From Rhizobiales bacterium 65-9 (lineage in GTDB: Bacteria; Pseudomonadota; Alphaproteobacteria; Rhizobiales; Beijerinckiaceae), in contig MKVY01000029.1 in the NCBI GenBank assembly GCA_001899525.1, positions 112,733 to 176,732 on the forward strand: a stretch of 64,000 nt of DNA, read 5' to 3'. A model generated the notes under the pieces. It worked only from the letters and a program-made list of their open reading frames with translations. It had not been told where the DNA came from and ran no database searches. The number at the start of each line of letters is the position of its first letter. The first letter of the stretch is position 1. Below, piece by piece: positions 30,653 to 39,489 of this stretch. The translations under genes were made by a program, and so were the position numbers.

Positions 30653-30853
30653 TCAGCCGTTCGGCAGCCAGTATTTCTTCACGTTGTCGCCATCCGTCTT
30701 GAACAGGACGTTGGTGCCGCGAAGATTGCGGATCTGCTTCTTGGTGCGCTTGATCATGCCGTGGCGCTTGCCCGCCTGGGCGTACACCACCTTGCCTGAG
30801 CCGGTCACCTTGAAGCGCTTTTTGGCGCCGGACTTGGTCTTCATCTTGGGCAT
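30653..30853 (-). CDS. rpmI: 50S ribosomal protein L35
   Basis: [22 protein letters not shown]... is canonical L35. Confidence 0.97.
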   Translation of the reverse strand: MPKMKTKSGAKKRFKVTGSGKVVYAQAGKRHGMIKRTKKQIRNLRGTNVLFKTDGDNVKKYWLPNG

Positions 30854-31015
30854 TTGCTCATCTCCCGGCGCATGGGTGATCCGGGCGAAAGGCCCCGATC
30901 GCGCCTGTTCTGGTTGAGATTCCGACCCGCCACGGCAGCCCTTTTAGCCGGGCCGGTCGAATGAAGGCGCGGCTATGGCAGAAAAGCCGGCCAGAGGCAA
31001 CGGGTCGGCGGCGAT

Positions 31016-31792
31016 TCAGGCCTGGGCCTGCGCCATCTGGCTCTCGTGCCAGCCGAGGAAGCGCCGCTCCGCCAGCCGCACGCCTTCATGCAGCAGCCAG
31101 CCCATGACGCAGAGCATCAGGATCGCCGCGATCACGACGCCGGCGTCGTTGTTCTCCTGGCCGAGATTGAGCAGGTAGCCGAGGCCGTAGGTCGCGCCCA
31201 TCAGTTCGCCCACGACCGCCGCCGTCATCGCCTGCGTCGAGGCGATCCGGAGCCCGGCGAACGCCGGCGGGGCGGCGAAGGGCAGGTCGATGCGCCGGAA
31301 CCGCGTCCAGGCCGAGAGGCGCAGCAGCCGCGCCAGGTCCCTGTAGCTCTTGTCGACGCCCGCGAGCCCGGCGGCCGCGCCGGCCATGACGGGAAAGAAC
31401 GCGACGATCGCCACCAGGACCACTTTCGGCGCGAGGCCGAGCCCGAGCCAGAGCAGGAGAATGGGCGCGATCGCGATCTTGGGCGCGGTCTGCAGCAGCA
31501 GGATCAGCGGCGACAGGAGCCGGCCGAGAACCGGCAGGCGCGTGAACAGCCAGCCGCACAAAAGCCCGGCGACAGCCCCGGCCAGCGAGCCGGCCAGGAC
31601 TTCCGCGAGGGTCGACAGGACGTGCCGGCCAAGATCGCCGGTCCCGGCGAGCAGCGAGAATTTCTGCGCGACGACGAGCGGCGAGGGGAGCAGGTAGGCC
31701 GGCGCCTGGAAGACGACGACGATGATCTGCCACGCGGCGAGCGCGCAGAGAACGGTCGTCAGGCCCCGCAGCGCCGCCCGTCCCATCGCCAT
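31016..31792 (-). CDS. ABC transporter permease, NitT/TauT family
   Basis: 258 aa with 6 TM segments and an EAA-like loop (DKSYRDLARLLRLSAWTRF). Confidence 0.9.
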   Translation of the reverse strand: MAMGRAALRGLTTVLCALAAWQIIVVVFQAPAYLLPSPLVVAQKFSLLAGTGDLGRHVLSTLAEVLAGSLAGAVAGLLCGWLFTRLPVLGRLLSPLILLLQTAPKIAIAPILLLWLGLGLAPKVVLVAIVAFFPVMAGAAAGLAGVDKSYRDLARLLRLSAWTRFRRIDLPFAAPPAFAGLRIASTQAMTAAVVGELMGATYGLGYLLNLGQENNDAGVVIAAILMLCVMGWLLHEGVRLAERRFLGWHESQMAQAQA

Positions 31793-31796
31793 CGTC

Positions 31797-32786
31797 TCAG
31801 GCGGCCACGTCGGCGGGCTGCATGACGAGATCGCCCGCCTTGAAGCCCTTCTCGATCACCTTGTACTCCGCCAGGATGTCGATGTTCGTCTGCCATGCGG
31901 CGAGGTCGCCGGCGCCGAGCCCCTTCGCCTTGGTCAGCGGGCTCTGCCAGATCGACGGAACGAAGGATTGGTTGAAGGCTTTCGCGAGGATCGCTTCCTG
32001 TCCTTTCCAGGTCGGCGCGTATTTCTCGATGGCCAGCGCGATCGCTTCGTCGACATGGCCGTCGATCACCCATGTCAGCGCTTCGTTCAGCGCCGTGATG
32101 AAGCCTTTCACAACCTTCGGCTTGTCCTTCAGGGTGCGCTCGCCAGTGACGACCACATTGCCGAACGACGGCAGGAAATCGTTCGAGGAGATCATGCCGA
32201 CCTGAACGCCGTCCGCCTCGAGATTGTATTTGCGCAGCTCCGAGAACACGATGGCGTCGACCTGATCGGCCTGCAGCGCCTGCACGATCGCGCCGGTCGC
32301 AATCACCTCGACCTTGACGTCGTTGAGCGTGAGGCCGGCCTTTTTCAGCCCGACCTGCAACTGCAGATAGTTCGGGCTGCCGAGGCTCGTGACGGCGAGC
32401 GTCTTGCCCTTGAAGTCGGCGTAGCTCTTGAAGCCCTTCGACGCCTTGAACAGGGTCGCGCCGATGCCGCGCTGATAGGTGGTGTGGACGACTTTCGCCG
32501 GCAGCCCGCTGGCCTTCGCCGCGATCACGGCGTCGCCGTTGGGAAAGCCCAGCTCGGCGTTGCCGATCGCGACATTGCGCATGATGTCGGCCGCGGCCGC
32601 ATAGATGATGCGCAGATCGACTCCGTTCTTGGCGAACAGGCCCTTTTCCTGCGCGACATAGATCGGCGCATAGAAGGGCACCGCCGCGCCGTCGATCTGC
32701 AGCGTCGCGGGCTGCGCCGCCTGCGCGATCGCGAAGCGCGGGCTGGCTGTTGCTGCTGCGCCGGCGAGAAATGTTCTTCGTTTCAT
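31797..32786 (-). CDS. ABC transporter substrate-binding protein (NMT1/THI5-like, Tat signal)
   Basis: Internal ATG at 32786. The twin-arginine signal is MKRRTFLAGAAATASPRFAIAQA. The body is NMT1-like (PFYAPIYVAQEKGLF...GNAELGF). Confidence 0.86.
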   Translation of the reverse strand: MKRRTFLAGAAATASPRFAIAQAAQPATLQIDGAAVPFYAPIYVAQEKGLFAKNGVDLRIIYAAAADIMRNVAIGNAELGFPNGDAVIAAKASGLPAKVVHTTYQRGIGATLFKASKGFKSYADFKGKTLAVTSLGSPNYLQLQVGLKKAGLTLNDVKVEVIATGAIVQALQADQVDAIVFSELRKYNLEADGVQVGMISSNDFLPSFGNVVVTGERTLKDKPKVVKGFITALNEALTWVIDGHVDEAIALAIEKYAPTWKGQEAILAKAFNQSFVPSIWQSPLTKAKGLGAGDLAAWQTNIDILAEYKVIEKGFKAGDLVMQPADVAA

Positions 32787-32830
32787 GGCGGTCTCCTGTC
32801 CTTGTCCCTGAGAGTGAGGAATCGTCGGTT

Positions 32831-33613
32831 TCATGGCTTCGCGAGAAGCGCGGCGGCGGTCGCGGCGAGGCGGATCAGATTGCGCTGGGCGTCCTCGTAG
32901 TCCTCGAGCCATTCGTCCGTGGCGCGATTGCCGTGTACGGCGAGCACGGCGCCGGCGCGCAGGCCAAGCGCCTGCGCCACAGCGAAAACCGTTTGCGCCT
33001 CCATGTCGAGGCCGCAGACGCCGCGCGCCGCGAGGCCCGCGGGAAGATCGGCGTGCGGCGGCGGCGCGCCGTCCGGCCGCGCGGAGCGGCCCTGCCCCCA
33101 GTAATAGCTGTCGGTGGTGTGCACGGCGCCGCGCCGGTGCGCGAAGCCGAGCGTCCGGGCCGCGGCCGCGAGCGCCTCGACGACCGCGGCGTGCGCGGCC
33201 ACCGCGCCGTCGGCGCCGTAGGCCGCGGCGGCGCCGGTCGCGCCTTCCGCCTGATCGACGATGAGAAACCCGCCCAGCGGCAGGTCGGCCTGCAGGGCGC
33301 CCATGCCGCCGACGCGGATGACCGTGTCGACGCCGAGATTGGCGAGCTCGACGACGGCGATCTCGGCGGAGGGGCCGCCGATGCCCGTCGAGCACACGCC
33401 GACGGGATGTCCGCTCCAGCCGCCGCGCGCGGCGCGGAATTCGCGCCGCTGTCCGAAATCGACGGAATTATCGAGAAGTGCTGCGGCGAGCGCCACGCGG
33501 TCGGGATCGCCCGGCAGAAGCGCGCAGGCCGGCATGTCTCCCGGTCCGCAGGGAAGGTGCGTCGGCCGTCCGTTGAGCCACGGGAAGGCGGCGGACCGCT
33601 TGGCCTTGCTCAT
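32831..33613 (-). CDS. PNP/UDP-family nucleoside phosphorylase-like protein
   Basis: Internal ATG at 33613, overlapping the upstream permease stop as ATGA. It has STGIGGPSAEIAVVEL, IRVGGMGAL and GLDMEAQTVFAVA motifs. Confidence 0.8.
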   Translation of the reverse strand: MSKAKRSAAFPWLNGRPTHLPCGPGDMPACALLPGDPDRVALAAALLDNSVDFGQRREFRAARGGWSGHPVGVCSTGIGGPSAEIAVVELANLGVDTVIRVGGMGALQADLPLGGFLIVDQAEGATGAAAAYGADGAVAAHAAVVEALAAAARTLGFAHRRGAVHTTDSYYWGQGRSARPDGAPPPHADLPAGLAARGVCGLDMEAQTVFAVAQALGLRAGAVLAVHGNRATDEWLEDYEDAQRNLIRLAATAAALLAKP

Positions 33614-34377
33614 GGCGCGTCCCGCCAGGACAGCAGCCGCCGCTCGGCGGTCTCGACGAGTTGATAGACCGCGATGCCGAGCAGCGCGGTGAGGACGACG
33701 GCGCCGAACAGCAGCGGCGTCTTGTAGGTCGCGGAGGCGAAGGTCATGAGATAGCCGAGGCCCTGCCGGCCCGACATCCATTCCCCGAGAATCGCGCCGA
33801 CCACCGCCTGCACGGCGCCGATGCGCAGCCCGACGAAAATGTCCGGCAGGCCGGCGCGCAGTTCGATCAGCCACAGCCGTCGCCAGACGCCGAGCCGCAG
33901 GAGGCGCGCGAGATCGGCGAAGCGGCTGTCGAGCGAGCGCAGCCCGACCATGGTTCCCACGAGAACGGGAAAGAAGACGAGCGAGATGATCAGCGCGATC
34001 TTCGAGGCGAGGCCAAGGCCGAACCAGATCACGAACAGCGGCGCGAGCGCGATTTTCGGAGCCGTCTGCAGAAACAGGATCGGCCCGCCGAGCGCGCGGT
34101 CGAGTCGCGGCGACTTGGCGAGCGCCACGCCCGCGGCGACGCCGAGCAGCGCGCCCGCGCCATAGCCGAGGATGAGATTCTGCAGCGTATAGAGCAGGTG
34201 ATGCGCGAGTTCGCCGCTTGCCGCCGACTGGATCAGCGCCGCGCCGACATCGGCCGGCGGCGGCAGGAGATAGGACGGCGCGTCGGTCCAGCGCACGTAA
34301 AGGTCCCATGCAAGGCAGAAGGCGCCGACGGCCGCGATGGTCTCGAGCGGACGCCGCCAGATCGCGCGGGAGGTCAT
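33610..34377 (-). CDS. ABC transporter permease, NitT/TauT family
   Basis: 255 aa with 6 TM segments and an EAA-like loop (DSRFADLARLLRLGVWRRL). It is paralogous to 31016-31792. Confidence 0.9.
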   Translation of the reverse strand: MTSRAIWRRPLETIAAVGAFCLAWDLYVRWTDAPSYLLPPPADVGAALIQSAASGELAHHLLYTLQNLILGYGAGALLGVAAGVALAKSPRLDRALGGPILFLQTAPKIALAPLFVIWFGLGLASKIALIISLVFFPVLVGTMVGLRSLDSRFADLARLLRLGVWRRLWLIELRAGLPDIFVGLRIGAVQAVVGAILGEWMSGRQGLGYLMTFASATYKTPLLFGAVVLTALLGIAVYQLVETAERRLLSWRDAP

Positions 34378-35129
34378 GCGAGGTCGCGCCTGAGATCGGC
34401 CATCAGTTGATGGAAGGCCGGATCGAGCTTCGTCCGCTCGCCGCGCGGCCGCGCCAGCGGCGAGTCATAGATTTTTTTGATGGAGCCGGGACGCGGCGAC
34501 ATGACGACGACCCGATCCGACAGATAGGCCGCTTCCTCGACGCTGTGCGTGACGAAGATGATGGTCTTCTTCGTGGCGGTCCAGATCGTCAGCAGTTCGT
34601 CGTTCAGCCTGTCGCGCGTTAAAAGGTCGAGCGCGCCGAACGGCTCGTCCATCAGAAGAAGCGGCGGATCGTAGGACAGGGCGCGCGCGATCGACACGCG
34701 CTGGCGCATGCCGCCGGAGAGGGCGCGCGGCAGCGCCTTTTCGAATCCCTGCAGGCCCACGAGCGCGAGCAGGCGGCGCGCCGTCGCGTCGCCTTCGTCA
34801 CGCGGAACGCCCGCGGCGTCGAGCGGAAAGCGCACATTCTCTTCGGCGGAGAGCCAGGGCAGGAGGACCGCGTCCTGAAAGACGAAGCCGGCGCGCTGGT
34901 CGGCGGCGCTCTCGATGGTCAGCGTTCCTTCGCTTGCCGTTTCGAGCCCCGCGATGATGCGCAGCAGGGTGGACTTGCCGCATCCGGACGGCCCGATGAT
35001 GCTGACGAACGCGCCGCGCGCGACGTCGAGATCGACTGGCCGCAGCGCCTCGACGCGCGCGCCGCGCGTGAGGAAATGCTTGGCGACGCCTCTGGCGTGG
35101 ATCATCGACGCAGGTCCGGAACGGAGCAT
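34374..35129 (-). CDS. ABC transporter ATP-binding protein
   Basis: Walker [10 protein letters not shown], signature LSGGMRQRVSIARAL and Walker B LLMDEPFGALD. It has a 4-nt overlap with the permease gene. Confidence 0.93.
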   Translation of the reverse strand: MLRSGPASMIHARGVAKHFLTRGARVEALRPVDLDVARGAFVSIIGPSGCGKSTLLRIIAGLETASEGTLTIESAADQRAGFVFQDAVLLPWLSAEENVRFPLDAAGVPRDEGDATARRLLALVGLQGFEKALPRALSGGMRQRVSIARALSYDPPLLLMDEPFGALDLLTRDRLNDELLTIWTATKKTIIFVTHSVEEAAYLSDRVVVMSPRPGSIKKIYDSPLARPRGERTKLDPAFHQLMADLRRDLA

Positions 35130-35175
35130 CGTCGCCGCGCTCGCGTCGCGCGGCGGTTGCGCCCGGCAGGATTGG

Positions 35176-35205
35176 AAAAAAGGCGGCGGCTTGCGCGCGC
35201 CGCCC
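35176..35205 (-). terminator. intrinsic terminator downstream of infC
   Basis: The minus strand reads GGCGGCG-cgcgcaa-GCCGCCGCC followed by UUUUUUCC. Confidence 0.65.
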
Positions 35206-35219
35206 GGCCGATGGTCGCG

Positions 35220-35762
35220 CTAGCGCGGCGCGAGCATCATCGTCATCTGGCGGCCTTCCATCGACGGCTCGCTCTCGACCTTGGCGATCTCGGCGATGTC
35301 CTGCTTCACGCGGGCCAGCACCTTCGCGCCCAGATCGATATGCGCCATCTCGCGGCCGCGGAAGCGCAGGGTGACCTTCACCTTGTCGCCTTCCTCGAAG
35401 AACTGCTTCATCGAGCGCATCTTCACGTCATAGTCATGCGTGTCGATGCCCGGGCGCAGCTTGATCTCCTTGACCTCGATGATCTTCTGCTTCTTGCGCG
35501 CTTCGGCCGCCTTCTTCTGCTCAAGGAAGCGGAAACGGCCATAGTCCAGGATCTTGCAGACCGGCGGCTGGGAGTTCGGGGCGATCTCGACTAGATCCAG
35601 ACCCTGCTCCTGCGCGAGGGTGAGGGCGTCGAAGAAAGGCATCACGCCCTTGTTCTCGCCGTTGGCGTCGATCAATTGAACGTCGCGGACGCCGCGAATG
35701 TCGCGGTTGGCGCGGGGGCCTTCCTTCTGGGGGGTGGGCGGGGCGCGATGGGGACGACGAAT
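35220..35762 (-). CDS. infC: translation initiation factor IF-3 (ATT start codon)
   Basis: The product has [14 protein letters not shown]..., KILDYGRF and [16 protein letters not shown] motifs. The frame stays open 29 codons upstream of the tracked TTG, back to ATT at 35762. AGGAG lies 8 nt upstream of that ATT. Confidence 0.9.
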   Translation of the reverse strand: MRRPHRAPPTPQKEGPRANRDIRGVRDVQLIDANGENKGVMPFFDALTLAQEQGLDLVEIAPNSQPPVCKILDYGRFRFLEQKKAAEARKKQKIIEVKEIKLRPGIDTHDYDVKMRSMKQFFEEGDKVKVTLRFRGREMAHIDLGAKVLARVKQDIAEIAKVESEPSMEGRQMTMMLAPR

Positions 35763-35879
35763 GGGTGCTTCTCCTGATGGCGCAGCCTCATAGGCTTACG
35801 GGCCGGAAAGTTCCCAGCCGGCGGTAGAAATTGGCTCGAATCCGGCGCCTGTCAACCGTCGAAACGGAAAATAGGCGGT

Positions 35880-37097
35880 TCAGCGGCCGTAAGCTTCGGC
35901 GTAGGCGTCGATGGTGGCCGCCGCCGCCCGCGCTTCGGAGAAGGAGCTGGCGACATGGGCGCGGGCCCGCTCGGCCATGGCGGAGCGCGCGCTCGCGCCG
36001 AGCGACAGCGCCTCCCGGATGGCGTCGGCCAGCGCCGCGGCGCCCCCGACCGGCGTGCGCCAGCCGGTGCGCATGTTGGCCGCCGCCGTCGGCGGGGCGA
36101 GGATCGTCTCGGGCGCCGCGCCATGGTCGGACGCGATCACCGGCGCGCCCATCGCCTGGGCCTCCACGGCGATGCGCCCGAAGGTCTCCGGCTCGATCGA
36201 GGGCACGGTCACCGCCGCCGCGGCGAGATAGGCGGCCGGCATGTCGTCGCAGTGGCCGACGCGGCGGATGATCGCGTCGAGGCCGCGCGCGGCGATCATC
36301 CCGTCGAGTTCGCGCACATAGCGCTCATGCTCGTCGGCGCGGCCGAGCAGAATGAAGGCGACGTCCTCCAACCCGCCGGCGGCGAGCAGGCCCGCGGCCT
36401 CGATCAGCACCTTGTGGCCCTTCCAGGCCGTCATGCGCGCCGGCAGCAGCACCGCGCGCTGATGCGGCTCGAGCCCCCAGCGCGAGCGCAGCGCCGCCAC
36501 CCGCTCCGGGCCGACGGCGCGGGGATCGAAGGCGCCGAGATCGACCCCGCACGGCACGATGCGGATGCGCGGCGCGGCGTCCGGCCAGTTGCGGCGGATC
36601 AGCCCGGCGGTGAACTGGGAGTTGGCGAGCACCACGTCGCCGGCCGCCATCACGGAATTGTAGCGGCCCTTGGCGTAGGAGGAGCGGTCGTAGAAGCCGT
36701 GATAGCTGGTGACGAAGGGGATGCGCAGCCGCCGCGCGGCGCCGAGCGCGACCCAGGCGGGCGCGCGGGAATGGGCGTGGATGATGTCGACGCCCTCGTC
36801 GCGCACGAGCTGGGCCAGGCGGCGGACGTTCATGACCATCGCCAGCGGATTTTTCGTGTGCGCGGGAAACGGCGCCCAGACGCCGCCGCGCGCCTGCATC
36901 TCGCCGATCAGCCGCCCGCCGCGCGTCGCCACCAGAGGCCGCGCGCCGACCTCGGCGAGCGCCGCGACATGCTCGAGCACGGACTGCTCCGAGCCGCCGC
37001 CGTCGAGGTTGGGAATGACCTGCAGGACCGTGACGCCTTCGAGCGCATGACGCTGCGTGCGGCTTGCGAGGGAACTGGCGACGCTTCGCTTCGGCAC
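35880..37097 (-). CDS. glycosyltransferase family 4
   Basis: 405 aa. The N-terminal GT-B half has LQVIPNLDGGGSEQ. The C-terminal half has PS.EPETFGR..VEAQAMGAPVIASDHG. Confidence 0.85.
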   Translation of the reverse strand: MPKRSVASSLASRTQRHALEGVTVLQVIPNLDGGGSEQSVLEHVAALAEVGARPLVATRGGRLIGEMQARGGVWAPFPAHTKNPLAMVMNVRRLAQLVRDEGVDIIHAHSRAPAWVALGAARRLRIPFVTSYHGFYDRSSYAKGRYNSVMAAGDVVLANSQFTAGLIRRNWPDAAPRIRIVPCGVDLGAFDPRAVGPERVAALRSRWGLEPHQRAVLLPARMTAWKGHKVLIEAAGLLAAGGLEDVAFILLGRADEHERYVRELDGMIAARGLDAIIRRVGHCDDMPAAYLAAAAVTVPSIEPETFGRIAVEAQAMGAPVIASDHGAAPETILAPPTAAANMRTGWRTPVGGAAALADAIREALSLGASARSAMAERARAHVASSFSEARAAAATIDAYAEAYGR

Positions 37098-37150
37098 TGA
37101 TAATCCCGTACATCCCGTCCGCCGGGAAGGGCTTTACTAGGGATGAAGCG

Positions 37151-37924
37151 ATGGAGCCGCAACTTTCGATCATCGAGGCGGGGCCGCAGCGCCGGCGCAT
37201 TGCGACCTTGCGCCGCGATGGAGGCGGGCCCTGCGTGGTCTGGCTCGGCGGCTTCCGGTCCGACATGCGCGCCACCAAGGCCGAGGCGCTCGATCGCTGG
37301 GCGGCCGGCGCCGGGCGCGCGCTTCTGCGCTTCGACTATTCCGGCCATGGCGAATCTGGCGGCGACTTCGCCGACGGGACCATCGGCGCCTGGAGCGAGG
37401 ACGCGCTCGCGGCGATCGAAGCCTTCGCAGGCGAGCGCCCGGTTTTCGTCGGCTCCTCGATGGGCGGCTGGATCGCCCTGCTGATCGCGCTCGAGCTGAA
37501 GCGTCGCCGCTCGCCGCAGGCGCCGTCCGGCCTCGTCCTGATCGCGCCGGCCGTCGATTTCACCGAGGCGCTGATGTGGCCGCAGCTTCCCGAGGAGGCG
37601 CGGCGCGCGATCGAGACCCGGGGCGTCTGGCTGCGTCCCTCCGACTATTCGCCCGAACCCTATCCGATCACCCGCAGGCTGTTCGAGGAGGGGCGCAAGC
37701 ATCTGCTGCTCGACGCCCCGATCGAGCCTGGATGCCCCGTGCATATCCTGCAGGGCATGCGCGATCCCGATGTTCCCTGGCGCCATGCGCTGACGATCGT
37801 CGAGCATCTGCCGGCGGACGCCGTGACCCTGTCGCTCGTCAAGGACGGCGATCATCGCCTCTCGCGCGAGCAGGATGTCGCGATGCTGATTCGCGCCGTG
37901 GCGGCGATGGTCGAAAACCTGTGA
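37151..37924 (+). CDS. alpha/beta-fold hydrolase
   Basis: Nucleophile elbow GSSMGG, and a later DGDHRL near the C-terminus. The start is taken as ATG 37151 (MEPQLSII). Confidence 0.8.
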   Translation: MEPQLSIIEAGPQRRRIATLRRDGGGPCVVWLGGFRSDMRATKAEALDRWAAGAGRALLRFDYSGHGESGGDFADGTIGAWSEDALAAIEAFAGERPVFVGSSMGGWIALLIALELKRRRSPQAPSGLVLIAPAVDFTEALMWPQLPEEARRAIETRGVWLRPSDYSPEPYPITRRLFEEGRKHLLLDAPIEPGCPVHILQGMRDPDVPWRHALTIVEHLPADAVTLSLVKDGDHRLSREQDVAMLIRAVAAMVENL

Positions 37925-37957
37925 GAGAAGCCGCTCCGCCGCTCGCTCTGGGGGCGG

Positions 37958-38386
37958 TCATTTCGCCGGCACGGGGCAGGACATATCGCCTTCTTCGCAT
38001 TTCAGATAGGCCTTGAGATCCTGCAGCCGGTGATTGGTCATCGCCTCGGCGCACAGCGCGACCGTCATCGGATAGGCGCTTCCGCCGGCGACGTTTGAGG
38101 CGGCGAAGTTGCATTCCGCGTCACGGAAAACGATCCAGGCGCGCTGCGCCGTGACGAGGCGGTTCATCTTCTCCGCGTCGCCCTTCAGCCGCGCCTCGAT
38201 CGTCTTGTAGGAATCGTTGAGCTCCTGATCGGCCTTGCGGAACGCCTTGTCGGCGCACTCGGTCATCTCGCTTTGCGTCGCGGCGCTGGCGCAGGCTTTC
38301 GGCGGCGTCTGGGCGCGAACGGTCGCGCCGGCGGCGAGCGCCGCGAACGTCGCTGCGGCGAGGGAAGCGGATCGGCGAAAACGCAT
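37958..38386 (-). CDS. DUF1311 (LprI-like lysozyme-inhibitor fold) periplasmic protein
   Basis: The signal peptide is MRFRRSASLAAATFAALAAGATVRA. The body has ELNDSY...QRAWIVFRDAEC motifs. Confidence 0.75.
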   Translation of the reverse strand: MRFRRSASLAAATFAALAAGATVRAQTPPKACASAATQSEMTECADKAFRKADQELNDSYKTIEARLKGDAEKMNRLVTAQRAWIVFRDAECNFAASNVAGGSAYPMTVALCAEAMTNHRLQDLKAYLKCEEGDMSCPVPAK

Positions 38387-38454
38387 GCGTGCTCCTGTGG
38401 GTTCAACGATAATTCGCGACCGCGCGTGTTGTTGCAAAGGGCGCGGAGAGAGAG

Positions 38455-39135
38455 TCATTGCAGCGCGCGAAATGAATCCGACCAGAACTGCCGCCGGTAT
38501 AGCACGAACAGCACCGCCGCCGTTCCGGCCATGAACAGCCACGGGCTCACGAACCAGCCGAGATAGCCGAGAGAGAAGAAGAACGCGCGCTGGCCCTTGT
38601 TGAAATGTCCGGCGGCGATGGCGTTGAGGCGCGCGGCGCGATCTGCGAGCTTCTCCATCTCGGGCGTTACGTCGCCCTCATATTTCGGCGCCGCGCCGAT
38701 CATGATCGCGCCATAGTTGAACAGCCGGTAGGCCCAGCCGAACTTGAAGAAGGCGTACACGAAAAACAGCGCGAGCCCGATCGTCTTCACCTCCCACAGA
38801 ACGCGGCTCGGCTTCTCGATCAGCGACGTCGCCTGAATCACGTCGAGCGCCTTTTCCGTCGCGCCGAGCAGAGTGACGCAGGCGCCGATCGCGATGAAGG
38901 AGGTCGAGGCGAAGAAGCCCGCGCCCTGCTGGAGCTGCATGTTGACCTGCATGTCGACGATGCGGTTGTCGCGCGTCAGCATCGCCCGCATCCAGCGATG
39001 GCGGTAGCCGATCATATGCGCGTTGAGGCTGCCGGCGCCGTGCGGCGCGCGGTCGATCAGGAAGGAATAGCCGAGCCACGCGATCGCGAACCATGCGAGG
39101 GCGATCATGTCGAGGCGGGAGAGATCGAGCATCAT
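38455..39135 (-). CDS. DUF599 membrane protein
   Basis: 226 aa with about 4 TM segments and HMIGYRHRWMRAM...DNRIVD motifs. Confidence 0.78.
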   Translation of the reverse strand: MMLDLSRLDMIALAWFAIAWLGYSFLIDRAPHGAGSLNAHMIGYRHRWMRAMLTRDNRIVDMQVNMQLQQGAGFFASTSFIAIGACVTLLGATEKALDVIQATSLIEKPSRVLWEVKTIGLALFFVYAFFKFGWAYRLFNYGAIMIGAAPKYEGDVTPEMEKLADRAARLNAIAAGHFNKGQRAFFFSLGYLGWFVSPWLFMAGTAAVLFVLYRRQFWSDSFRALQ

Positions 39136-39241
39136 TTGCGATCCGTGTTCAGCTCCGGCCGCACATCCTCGCCGCCGTCATGGCCGGGCCGGTCCCGGCC
39201 ATGATGCGATGAGCTTCTTGACGAAAATCTCGAATGGCCCA

Positions 39242-39460
39242 TCACTTGGTCGAAGGAGTTGCAGAACTGGGCGGAATTTCGCGGCCGAGATCGCGCGCCG
39301 CTTCGATCCACGTCTTAATCGCGTCTCGCAAGTTTGTGATCGCGTCTTCCGGGGTGTCGCCGTCGATCATGCAGCCGGGAAGGTCGGGAACGGTCGCGAG
39401 AAAATTGCCTCCATCTTCCACAGATAGCTGTGTAACAACGATAGCGCGTTGAGTGCGCAC
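39242..39460 (-). CDS. HicB-family (UPF0150) antitoxin-like protein, N-domain only
   Basis: GTG start with GGAGG 8 nt upstream. The sequence ...GGNFLATVPDLPGCMIDGDTPEDAITNLRDAIKTWIEAARDLGREIP is the characteristic HicB core. It has no RHH or HTH tail. Confidence 0.8.
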   Translation of the reverse strand: MRTQRAIVVTQLSVEDGGNFLATVPDLPGCMIDGDTPEDAITNLRDAIKTWIEAARDLGREIPPSSATPSTK

Positions 39461-39489
39461 TGTCTTCGCCTCCAGATTGCCAATAGTTC

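Noticed and set aside
35130-35219. A possible TPP or other riboswitch in the leader of the NMT1-type ABC operon.
   Set aside because: The spacer is only 90 nt. Much of it is taken up by the infC terminator, and no conserved riboswitch core (for example CUGAGA) is visible.
35833-35843. GGCTCGAATCC, resembling a tRNA T-loop (GGTTCGAATCC), in the spacer upstream of infC.
   Set aside because: The flanking bases do not form a T-stem, and no acceptor, D or anticodon arms can be drawn. It is not a tRNA.
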